DNA of 64,000 nucleotides, taken from positions 1,324,588 to 1,388,587 of the forward strand of contig CBDBDZ010000014.1 of NCBI GenBank assembly GCA_965204215.1, written 5' to 3'. Every line of letters begins with the position of its first letter. The first letter of the stretch is position 1. The DNA comes from Pseudomonadales bacterium (GTDB taxonomy: Bacteria > Pseudomonadota > Gammaproteobacteria > Pseudomonadales > GM7GCV1). The notes under the pieces were generated by a model. The model was not told the origin of the DNA, did not search any database, and saw nothing but the letters and a program-made list of their open reading frames with translations. Made by a program: the position numbers and the translations under genes. Shown here piece after piece: positions 39,401-51,400 of this stretch.

Positions 39401-42400
39401 CAGCGATTATAGCGCAACCACCGCAACGCTGTTTTTTGCCAGTAACAGCACCACAGCTCAAAGTTTCAGTGTTGGCATTATTGACGATACCCTGGTTGAA
39501 AACCTGGTTGAGGGCACTGAGCAATTTCGTATTGATATCAGCGCGGTTAACCCGGTTGAAGCTATTGCAGCAAGTGCGTTTAATCTGGGTGATACGGCGA
39601 CGGTATTCATTACCGATAATGATACCACTACCATCACCATAGCAGATGTAAGTGCAGCAGAAGGTGATGGGCCTAACAATGTGACGGTCACCATTAGCTT
39701 GAGTAACCCGGTTGAGGGCGGACTGACTGCGACCATTGCCAGCAGTGAAAACTCGGCTCTCAGTGGCAGTGACTTTTCAGCACTGAGTCAGGTTATCAGT
39801 TTTGCCGATAGCAGCACCGCCAGTAGCAGTGTGCAGTTAACTATTTTAGGTGATGCAATCATTGAAGCAGATGAGACCTTGCAACTGTTTGTTGCCAGTG
39901 TTGCTGCAGCCGAGGCCTCGAATAGCCAGATACTCAGACAAACTGGCACCTTTACTATTGAAAATGATGATTTTGCTGCCATCACCATTGCTGATGTCAG
40001 TGGCAGTGAGTCTGGGACTATCAGTATTGGCTTGAGTGTGAATTTGGCGGTTGCCGGTGGGTTTACCCTGACAGTGCAGAGCGATAGTGGTAGCGCGATA
40101 GAAGGCGACGACTTTAGCTCTGTTGATTCACAGCAAGTTGCTTTTGCCGGTAGTGCCAATGAAACCCAGACCCTGGTATTGACAGTTACTAACGATACGA
40201 CTATTGAGGCCAATGAAACCTTGCGTATTCGTATCAGTGCAGTCGAGCCTGGTGTTGCACAGGCTGGCGATTTTAATATTAGCGACACCGCAACGCTGAC
40301 GATAATAAACGATGATAGCGCCACATTTAGCGTAGCTGATGTGACGGTGTCAGAGACAGCTGGCGCTGCCACTATTTCTGTTACTCTGGACTTGCCGATT
40401 GAAGGAGGGGCTACGCTTACCTTGATGAGTGCAGACTTTGCTCCGGTTGATGCCGCTGCTGGCAGCGATTATAGCGCAACCACCGCAACGCTGTTTTTTG
40501 CCAGTAACAGCACCACAGCTCAAAGTTTCAGTGTTGGCATTATTGACGATACCCTGGTTGAAAACCTGGTTGAGGGCACTGAGCAATTTCGTATTGATAT
40601 CAGCGCGGTTAACCCGGTTGAAGCTATTGCAGCAAGTGCGTTTAATCTGGGTGATACGGCGACGGTATTCATTACCGATAATGATACCACTACCATCACC
40701 GTAGCAGATGTGAGTGCAGCAGAAGGCAATGTGTCTAACAATGTGACGGTCACCATTAGCTTGAGTAACCCGGTTGAGGGCGGACTGACTGCGACCATTG
40801 CCAGCAGTGGCAATTCAGCTCTCAGTGGCAGTGATTTTTCAGCACTGAGTCAGGTTATCAGTTTTGCCGATAGCAGCACCGCCAGTAGCAGTGTGCAGTT
40901 AACTGTTTTAGGTGATGCAATTATTGAAGCAGATGAGACCTTGCAACTGTTTGTTGCCAGTGTTGCCGCAGCCGAGGCCTCGAACAGCCAGATACTCAGA
41001 CAAACTGGCACCTTTACTATTGAAAATGATGATTTTGCTGCCATCACCATTGCTGATGCCAGTGGCAGTGAGTCGTCAGGCACTATCAGTGTCCGCTTTA
41101 ATGTGAATTTGGCGGTTGCCGGTGGTTTTACCCTGACAGTACAGAGCGATAGTGGCAGTGCAGTAGAGGGCGTCGACTTTAGCTCTGTTGATTCACAGCA
41201 AGTTGCTTTTGCCGGTAGTGCCAATGAAACCCAGACCCTGGTATTGACAGTTACTAACGATACGATTATTGAAGCCAATGAAACCTTGCGTATTCGTATC
41301 AGTGCAGTAAACCCTGGTGTTGCACTGGCTAGTGATTTTAATATTAGCGACACCGCAACGCTGACGATAATAAACGATGATAGCGCCACATTTAGCGTAG
41401 CTGATGTGGCGGTGTCAGAGACAGCTGGCGCTGCCACTATTTCTGTTACTCTGGACTTGCCGATTGAAGGTGGGGCTACGCTTACCTTGATGAGTGCAGA
41501 CTTTGCTCCGGTTGATGCCGCTGCCGGAAGTGATTACAGCGCAACCACAGCAACGCTGTTTTTTGCCAGTAACAGCACCACAGCTCAAAGTTTCAGTGTT
41601 GGCATTATTGACGATACCCTGGTTGAAAATCTGGTTGAGGGCACTGAGCAATTTCGTATTGATATCAGCGCGGTTAACCCGGTTGAAGCTATTGCAGCAA
41701 GTGCGTTTAATCTGGGTGATACGGCGACGGTATCCATTACCGATAATGACACCACTACCATCACCATAGCAGATGTAAGTGCAGCAGAAGGTGATGGGCC
41801 TAACAATGTGACGGTCACCATTAGCTTGAGTAACCCGGTTGAGGGCGGACTGACTGCGACCATTGCCAGCAGTGGCAATTCAGCTCTCAGTGGCAGTGAT
41901 TTTTCAGCACTGAGTCAGGTTATCAGTTTTGCCGATAGCAGCACCGCCAGTAGCAGTGTGCAGTTAACTGTTTTAGGTGATGCAATTATTGAAGCAGATG
42001 AGACCTTGCAACTGTTTGTTGCCAGTGTTGCCGCAGCCGAGGCCTCGAACAGCCAGATACTCAGACAAACTGGCACCTTTACTATTGAAAATGATGATTT
42101 TGCTGCCATCACCATTGCTGATGCCAGTGGCAGTGAGTCGTCAGGCACTATCAGTGTCCGCTTTAATGTGAATTTGGCGGTTGCCGGTGGTTTTACCCTG
42201 ACAGTACAGAGCGATAGTGGCAGTGCGATAGAAGGCGACGACTTTAGCTCTGTTGATTCACAGCAAGTTGCTTTTGCCGGTAGTGCCAATGAAACCCAGA
42301 CCCTGGTATTGACAGTTACTAACGATACGATTATTGAGGCCAATGAAACCTTGCGTATTCGTATCAGTGCAGTCGACCCTGGTGTTGCACAGGCTGGCGA

Positions 42401-45400
42401 TTTTAATATTAGCGACACCGCAACGCTGACGATAATAAACGATGATAGCGCCACATTTAGCGTAGCTGATGTGACGGTGTCAGAGACAGCTGGCAATACC
42501 AATATCACTGTTTCCTTAAATCTGCCGATTGAAGGTGGGGCTACGCTTACCTTGATGAGTGCAGACTTTGCTCCGGTTGATGCTGCTGCCGGAAGTGATT
42601 ACAGCGCAACCACAGCAACGCTGTTTTTTGCCAGTAACAGCACCACAGCTCAAAGTTTCAGTGTTGGCATTATTGACGATACCCTGGTTGAAAATCTGGT
42701 TGAGGGCACTGAGCAGTTTCGCATTGATATCACTGCGGTTAACCCGGTTGAAGCTATTGCAGCAAGTGCATTTAATCTGGGTGATACGGCGACGGTATCC
42801 ATTACCGATAATGACACCACTACCATCACCATAGCAGATGTAAGTGCAGCAGAAGGTGATGGGCCTAACAATGTGACGGTCACCATTAGCCTGAGTAACC
42901 CGGTTGAGGGCGGACTGACTGCGACCATTGCCAGCAGCGGCAATTCAGCTCTCAGTGGCAGTGATTTTTCAGCACTGAGTCAGGTTATCAGTTTTGCCGA
43001 TAGCAGCACTGCCAGTAGCAGTGTGCAGTTAACTGTTTTAGGTGATGCAATTATTGAAGCAGATGAGACCTTGCAACTGTTTGTTGCCAGTGTTGCCGCA
43101 GCCGAGGCCTCGAACAGCCAGATACTCAGACAAACTGGTACCTTTAGCATTGTAAATGATGATTTTGCTACTATTAGTATTGCTGATGTCAGTGCGAGTG
43201 AGTCGTCTGGCACTATCAGTATTCAGTTTAGTGTGGATTTGGCGGTTGCCGGTGGGTTTACCCTGACAGTACAGAGCGATAGTGGCAGTGCGATAGAAGG
43301 CGACGACTTTAGCTCTGTTGATTCACAGCAAGTTGCTTTTGCCGGTAGTGCCAATGAAACCCAGACCCTGGTATTGACAGTTACTAACGATACGACTATT
43401 GAAGCCAATGAAACCTTGCGTATTCGTATCAGTGCAGTCGACCCTGGTGTTGCACTGGCTGGCGATTTTAATATTAGCGACACCGCAACGCTGACGATAA
43501 TAAACGATGATACCGCTACCTTTAGCGTAGCTGATGTGACGGTGTCAGAGACAGCAGGCGCTGCGACTGTCACTGTTGCGCTGGACTTGCCGATTGAAGG
43601 AGGGGCTACACTTACCTTGATGAGTGCAGACTTTGCTCCGGTTGATGCCGCTGCTGGCAGCGATTACAGCGCAACCACAGCAACGCTGTTTTTTGCCAGT
43701 AACAGCACCACAGCTCAAAGTTTCAGTGTTGGCATTATTGACGATACCCTGGTTGAAAACCTGGTTGAGGGCACTGAGCAATTTCGTATTGATATCACTG
43801 CGGTTAACCCGGTTGAAGCTATTGCAGCAAGTGCGTTTAATCTGGGTGGTACGGCGACGGTATTCATTACCGATAATGATACCACTACCATCACCGTAGC
43901 AGATGTGAGTGCAGCAGAAGGCAATGTGTCTAACAATGTGACGGTCACCATTAGCTTGAGTAACCCGGTTGAGGGCGGACTGACTGCGACCATTGCCAGC
44001 AGTGAAAACTCGGCTCTCAGTGGCAGTGACTTTTCAGCACTGAGTCAGGTTATCAGTTTTGCCGATAGCAGCACCGCCAGTAGCAGTGTGCAGTTAACTA
44101 TTTTAGGTGATGCAATCATTGAAGCAGATGAGACCTTGCAACTGTTTGTTGCCAGTGTTGCTGCAGCCGAGGCCTCGAATAGCCAGATACTCAGACAAAC
44201 TGGCACCTTTACTATTGAAAATGATGATTTTGCTGCCATCACCATTGCTGATGTCAGTGGCAGTGAGTCTGGGACTATCAGTATTGGCTTGAGTGTGAAT
44301 TTGGCGGTTGCCGGTGGGTTTACCCTGACAGTGCAGAGCGATAGTGGTAGCGCGATAGAAGGCGACGACTTTAGCTCTGTTGATTCACAGCAAGTTGCTT
44401 TTGCCGGTAGTGCCAATGAAACCCAGACCCTGGTATTGACAGTTACTAACGATACGACTATTGAGGCCAATGAAACCTTGCGTATTCGTATCAGTGCAGT
44501 CGAGCCTGGTGTTGCACAGGCTGGCGATTTTAATATTAGCGACACCGCAACGCTGACGATAATAAACGATGATAGCGCCACATTTAGCGTAGCTGATGTG
44601 ACGGTGTCAGAGACAGCTGGCGCTGCCACTATTTCTGTTACTCTGGACTTGCCGATTGAAGGAGGGGCTACGCTTACCTTGATGAGTGCAGACTTTGCTC
44701 CGGTTGATGCCGCTGCTGGCAGCGATTATAGCGCAACCACCGCAACGCTGTTTTTTGCCAGTAACAGCACCACAGCTCAAAGTTTCAGTGTTGGCATTAT
44801 TGACGATACCCTGGTTGAAAACCTGGTTGAGGGCACTGAGCAATTTCGTATTGATATCAGCGCGGTTAACCCGGTTGAAGCTATTGCAGCAAGTGCGTTT
44901 AATCTGGGTGATACGGCGACGGTATTCATTACCGATAATGATACCACTACCATCACCGTAGCAGATGTGAGTGCAGCAGAAGGCAATGTGTCTAACAATG
45001 TGACGGTCACCATTAGCTTGAGTAACCCGGTTGAGGGCGGACTGACTGCGACCATTGCCAGCAGTGGCAATTCAGCTCTCAGTGGCAGTGATTTTTCAGC
45101 ACTGAGTCAGGTTATCAGTTTTGCCGATAGCAGCACCGCCAGTAGCAGTGTGCAGTTAACTGTTTTAGGTGATGCAATCATTGAAGCAGATGAGACCTTG
45201 CAACTGTTTGTTGCCAGTGTTGCCGCAGCCGAGGCCTCGAATAGCCAGATACTCAGACAAACTGGTACCTTTAGCATTGTAAATGATGATTTTGCCAACA
45301 TTAGCATTGCCGATGCCAGTGGCAGTGAATCGGCTACTATCAGTATTCAGTTTAGTGTGGATTTGGCGGTTGCCGGTGGTTTTACCCTGACAGTACAGAG

Positions 45401-48400
45401 CGATAGTGGCAGTGCAGTAGAGGGCGTCGACTTTAGCTCTGCTGACTCGCAGCAGGTTGCTTTTGCCGGTAGTGCCAATGAAACCCAGACCCTGGTATTG
45501 ACAGTTACTAACGATACGATTATTGAGGCCAATGAAACCTTGCGTATTCGTATCAGTGCAGTCGACCCTGGTGTTGCACAGGCTGACGATTTTAATATTG
45601 CTGATAGCGCTACGGTCACCATCATTAACGATGATACCGCTACCTTTAGCGTAGCTGATGTGACGGTGTCAGAGACAGCTGGCAATGCCACTATTTCTGT
45701 TACTCTGGACTTGCCGATTGAAGGCGGTGCTACGCTTACCTTGATGAGTGCAGACTTTGCTCCGGTTGATGCTGCTGCCGGAAGTGATTACAGCGCAACC
45801 ACAGCAACGCTGTTTTTTGCCAGTAACAGCACCACAGCTCAAAGTTTCAGTGTTGGCATTATTGACGATACCCTGGTTGAAAATCTGGTTGAGGGCACTG
45901 AGCAGTTTCGCATTGATATCACTGCGGTTAACCCGGTTGAAGCTATTGCAGCAAGTGCATTTAATCTGGGTGATACGGCGACGGTATCCATTACCGATAA
46001 TGACACCACTACCATCACCATAGCAGATGTAAGTGCAGCAGAAGGCAATGTGTCTAACAATGTGACGGTCACCATTAGCTTGAGTAACCCGGTTGAGGGC
46101 GGACTGACTGCCACCATTGCCAGCAGTGGCAATTCAGCTCTCAGTGGCAGTGATTTTTCAGCACTGAGTCAGGTTATCAGTTTTGCCGATAGCAGCACTG
46201 CCAGTAGCAGTGTGCAGTTAACTGTTTTAGGTGATGCAATTATTGAAGCAGATGAGACCTTGCAACTGTTTGTTGCCAATGTTGCCGCAGCCGAGGCCTC
46301 GAACAGCCAGATACTCAGACAAACTGGCACCTTTACTATTGAAAATGATGATTTTGCTGCCATCACCATTGCTGATGCCAGTGGCAGTGAGTCTGGCACT
46401 ATCAATATTGGCTTGAGTGTGGATTTAGCTGTTGCCGGTGGTTTTACCCTGACAGTACAGAGCGATAGTGGCAGTGCGATAGAAGGCGACGACTTTAGCT
46501 CTGTTGATTCACAGCAAGTTGCTTTTGTCGGTAGTGCCAATGAAACCCAGACCCTGGTATTGACACTTACTAACGATACGATTATTGAAGCCAATGAAAC
46601 CTTGCGTATTCGTATCAGTGCAGTCGACCCTGGTGTTGCACAGGCTGGCGATTTTAATATTAGCGACACCGCAACGCTGACGATAATAAACGATGATACC
46701 GCTACCTTTAGCGTAGCTGATGTGACGGTGTCAGAGACAGCTGGCAATGCCAATATCACTGTTTCCTTAAATCTGCCGATTGAAGGTGGGGCTACGCTTA
46801 CCTTGATGAGTGCAGACTTTGCTCCGGTTGATGCTGCTGCCGGAAGTGATTACAGCGCAACCACAGCAACGCTGTTTTTTGCCAGTAACAGCACCACAGC
46901 TCAAAGTTTCAGTGTTGGTATTATTGACGATACCCTGGTTGAAAATCTGGTTGAGGGCACTGAGCAGTTTCGCATTGATATCACTGCGGTTAACCCGGTT
47001 GAAGCTATTGCAGCAAGTGCATTTAATCTGGGTGATACGGCGACGGTATCCATTACCGATAATGATACCACTACCATCACCGTAGCAGATGTGAGTGCAG
47101 CAGAAGGTGATGGGTCTAACAATGTGACGGTCACCATTAGCCTGAGTAACCCGGTTGAGGGCGGACTGACTGCCACCATTGCCAGCAGTGAAAACTCGGC
47201 TCTCAGTGGCGATGACTTTTTAGCACTGAGTCAGGTTATCAGTTTTGCCGATAGCAGCACTGCCAGTAGCAGTGTGCAGTTAACTGTTTTAGGTGATGCA
47301 ATTATTGAAGCAGATGAGACCTTGCAACTGTTTGTTGCCAGTGTTGCCGCAGCCGAGGCCTCGAACAGCCAGATACTCAGACAAACTGGCACCTTTACTA
47401 TTGAAAATGATGATTTTGCTGCCATCACCATTGATGATGTCAGTGGCAGTGAGTCTGGGACTATCAGTATTGGCTTGAGTGTGAATTTGGCGGTTGCCGG
47501 TGGTTTTACCCTGACAGTACAGAGCGATAGTGGCAGTGCGATAGAAGGCGTCGACTTTAGCTCTGTTGATTCACAGCAAGTTGCTTTTGCCGGTAGTGCC
47601 AATGAAACTCAAACTTTTGTTATAATCCCTGTGGAAGATAATATCGTTGAACGTAATGAAACACTACTGATAAGTATTGATATATCAGACTCTGGAATTG
47701 CGTTGGTTAGCGACTTTACAACGGATACGGCTGAAATTACCATTAATAATAATGATACGGCTACATTTATGGTAAATGATGCCTCTGAAGCGGAGAGTGC
47801 AGGCTCGATAACTGTCAGTGTCACATTGGATAACCCAATTGATGGAGGTGCCAGTGTTACAGTGGCTACCATGTTTATTGCTAACGATGCATCAGCTAAT
47901 GACTTTGTGACTTCTACTGTGATTGTTTTCTTTTCGGATGATAGTACCGCTACACAACTGATTAATATTATGCTTAATGACGAAAATGTGGTTGAAGCTG
48001 ATGAAAGGGCAGAAATTCGAATATTAGCGGTCACACCCACATTTGAGATAGCTTCTGGCTTTTTTAATAGTAACGACACTGGAACGATTACTATAATCAA
48101 TGATGATGCTGCAAGTTTTACTGTTGTCGATATTAGCCCGGTTGAAGGAGATAATACAGCTACAATAAGTGTGATAGTAGAATTAAGCGCCCCTGTTGAA
48201 GGCGGGGTGAGCGCGACTTACCAAACCATTGGTGTCGATACAGAATCTGATGACTTTGTCGCATTTACTCAAACTGTTTTTTATGCGGATACTAGTACTA
48301 CTGATGATACCCTGGCACTGGTTATTTTGGGTGATACTCTTGTTGAGGCCGATGAGTCTTTGCTTATTAGCCTGGTTTCCATTAACCCGGCTGAAGCTTC

Positions 48401-51400
48401 ACCAGCGTTTTTTAGCAGCAATACGGGAACTATTGTTATTGTAAATGATGACATGATTACAGTGTCGATCAGCTCAAACGGTGATGCCGCAGAATCGAAT
48501 ACCCAAACCAGTAGTTTTAATGTATCGCTATCCAATGCTTCTGATCAGGTTATCGTGATTGGCTATTCAATCGAAGGAGTAGCGCAAAATATTACTGATT
48601 ATCAGGAAATTGGCATGACTATTGAATTTGCTGCTAACGCTTTTAATCAGATAATTACTATAACGCCTGTTGATGACAACCTTGTAGAAGGTAATGAGAC
48701 AGTGCAATTGCGTTTAAATACGGCGATTCAAGGGCCATTGGATGTTATCAGTATCAGTAGTAGTGCTGATGTAGCGTCATTGCTGATTATTGATAATGAC
48801 GAATTAGTCGCCAGTATTGAAGCTGTTGATACGACAGCGTCAGAGGTCAATGCTGGTATAGAGACAGCCATTTTTGAAATAGGGTTAGAAGCACCCAGTG
48901 TAAATGTCACTAATTTTGAGTATACAGCACTAAGCATTAGTAGTGCATCCAACGGGCTGGATTATGCCACTTTGACCTTTACAGCTACCATTCCGGCAAT
49001 GAGTCTGACTACAACAGTGGTAATCACCGCATTAGCCGATGATATTGGTGAAGGTACAGAAATCTTGCGTTTGCGCCTTGATACAATAACTGGAGTTCCG
49101 ACAGGTATTACTCAAAGCATATCAACTAATGCTGACACTATAAGTATTTTTGATGAAGATGTTGATTTGGATTTATCTATCAGTTCGATAGACGCTACGG
49201 CGACAGAAGATACAGATGTTGAAAGCAGAGAGGCTGTATTCAGCATTGGTTTTGATAACAATATTGTTATCACACAGGATTTATCCGTATCTTATTCAAT
49301 TGGCGGTACTGCCATTAATGGGGAAGATTACGATGCTATTGCCGGTTTGGCGGTGATTAGTGCTTTTGATAACAGCACCACCATAGTTATTAGCCCGGTT
49401 GATGATTTCCTAACCGAATCGCCTGAAAGTGTTGAATTGACTTTGTCAACTAATGCAGGCGCTCCAGCAGGGGTTTCTGTTTTTAATTCCACCAACAGCA
49501 CAGCTGTGGTAGAAATTATGGACAATGATAATGATCTGATTCTGTCATTGGTAGCTGATGATGCTTCAGCGGGGGAAGATATGAACAATGGAACTGGTGC
49601 AAATACAGGTGTATTTGTTATATTCCTTGGAGTACGTGACCAAAACGTCTCATCAACCACTTTGACGATAGATTATTCGATACGCGGGACAGCTACTAAT
49701 GGCAGTGACTATGAGATTATCAGTTCACAAGTTGCTTTGCCCGCTAATCAAAACAGTATTGCTATTATTATTACGCCAGAAGATGATAATATTGGCGAAG
49801 GTTTGGAAATGGTTGATTTATTACTGGAACCCAATGGTATAGCAGGCATACCTGATGGTGTAACCATCACCCCATCCACGAGCAATGCGGTTATAGAAAT
49901 TGAAGATGAAGACAGATTGGTTATTCTGTTTATCCAATCTGATGATCCCACGGCTATGGAGGATAATGATACAGCAGTTTTCAATATTGCACTTGATAGA
50001 CAATTGGCAACTGCGCTATCCATTGAGTATTTAATACTGGGTGAAGCAGTCAACAATACAGACTATAATGCTCTTGCCGATAATGGTATATTCCCGGCGT
50101 TGTCAACGGCAATCAATTTGACGGTTACACCGATACCCGATGACATCGGCGAGGGCAATGAGTCCATTGTTATAAGATTAACTTCTTTGAGCGGCGCACC
50201 CGTTGGCGTTAGCGTCCTGATTAGTACGACTCAAGACACTCAGGAAAATATTCTTGTCGATGATCCTCTTGATACCGATTTAAGAATATCGGTGTTACTG
50301 CTTGATCCCACTGCAATGGAAGGAGATGCTTCACTGGCAGAGAGTGCCACGATACGATTGCGAATTGATCAGGTTGGAGGTATCGACAGGACATTGAGTC
50401 GGGATATTCTCATAGAATATGCACTTATTAATGGCTTGCTGGGATTTGCTGACAATGGCGTTGACTATGTTTCTATTGGAACTTCGCGAATTATCTCTGA
50501 AGGTTCAACATTTATTGATATTGAAATCAGTCCTGTTGATGATGCTGCCATTGAAGGTAGTGAATCCATTCAATTACAGCTGGGTAATATTAGTGGACAG
50601 CCACAAGGCGTAACTCTCATTGCCTCTGCGGCCAATACGGTTGAAGCGACCTTGTTCGATGATGATAACACCTTAACCATTAATATTGAGGTGACGGATG
50701 GAAGTAGTGCTGAACCAGCATTGAGAAATGATACGGGTCAATTCAGAGTCTTTACAGAGAGTGGTTCCATAGTAGCAACTGACTTGACACTATTCTATTC
50801 TTTGGAAGGGCTTCCCAGCGCCGGAAATGACTACCAGACTATTGCGTTGCAAAATATGATTGAAGCGGGTACGACAGATTTCTCGGTTACTATTACACCG
50901 CTGGATGATAATATTGCCGAGGGTGTGGAAACGCTGATAATACGCTTAAATACTTTGACTGGCGCCCCTTCAGGCGTAAATGTTGTACTTTCCACTTTTG
51001 TTGCGATGATTGCTATTGATGATGCTGATACTTCCGTTGCAGTGAGTCTGATTTCAAATGATAGCAGCGCCCTGGAAAGCCCGCTGGATGTAGCGACATA
51101 CAACATCAGCTTTCGAGATCCAAACAATGTTGATGCTATCCTGGAAATAGCTACAGATACGCAATTGACATACAGCATTTTGGGTACTGCTATTGGTGGA
51201 TCAGGTTTTGATTATGTGTCGTTACCTACAAGCAGTTTAATCACTGCGGGGAGCACTGAGTTAGACTTTGTGTTAACGCCTATCAACGATATTATTGCCG
51301 AAGGTGATGAGAGTGTTGTCATCAGTTTGCAAAGCATTACGGGCTTACCTAATGGTGTTAACGCTTTCTTTATTGACCCATCTAATATAAGCTTAATCAT

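Noticed and set aside
30859-47085. Plus-strand 91-aa and 61-64-aa ORFs recurring in every unit (MQTLLRLM..., MMQLLKQMRPCNCLL...)
   Set aside because: They lie in frame 1, offset from the uninterrupted frame-3 ORF. They start at GTG/ATG by chance and encode nonsense-like L/P/R-rich sequence. Frame 3 gives recognisable Calx-beta domains.
30950-47602. Dozens of minus-strand ORFs of 66-197 aa repeating every ~1063 bp (MTVAAPAVSDTVTSATL..., MPLLAMVAVSPPSTGLL..., MLSALNQVFNQGIV...)
   Set aside because: They are antisense shadows of the Calx-beta repeat frame. The GNN/ANN-rich sense codons leave the antisense frames stop-poor. The translations are low-complexity S/A/V/L/T strings without motifs, and their starts and ends shift with single-base differences between units.
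30741-47608. Regularly spaced repeats that might suggest a CRISPR array or satellite
   Set aside because: The period is ~1.06 kb, the whole unit is repeated with no unique spacers, and it is an open reading frame encoding folded domains. This is a coding tandem repeat, not CRISPR.
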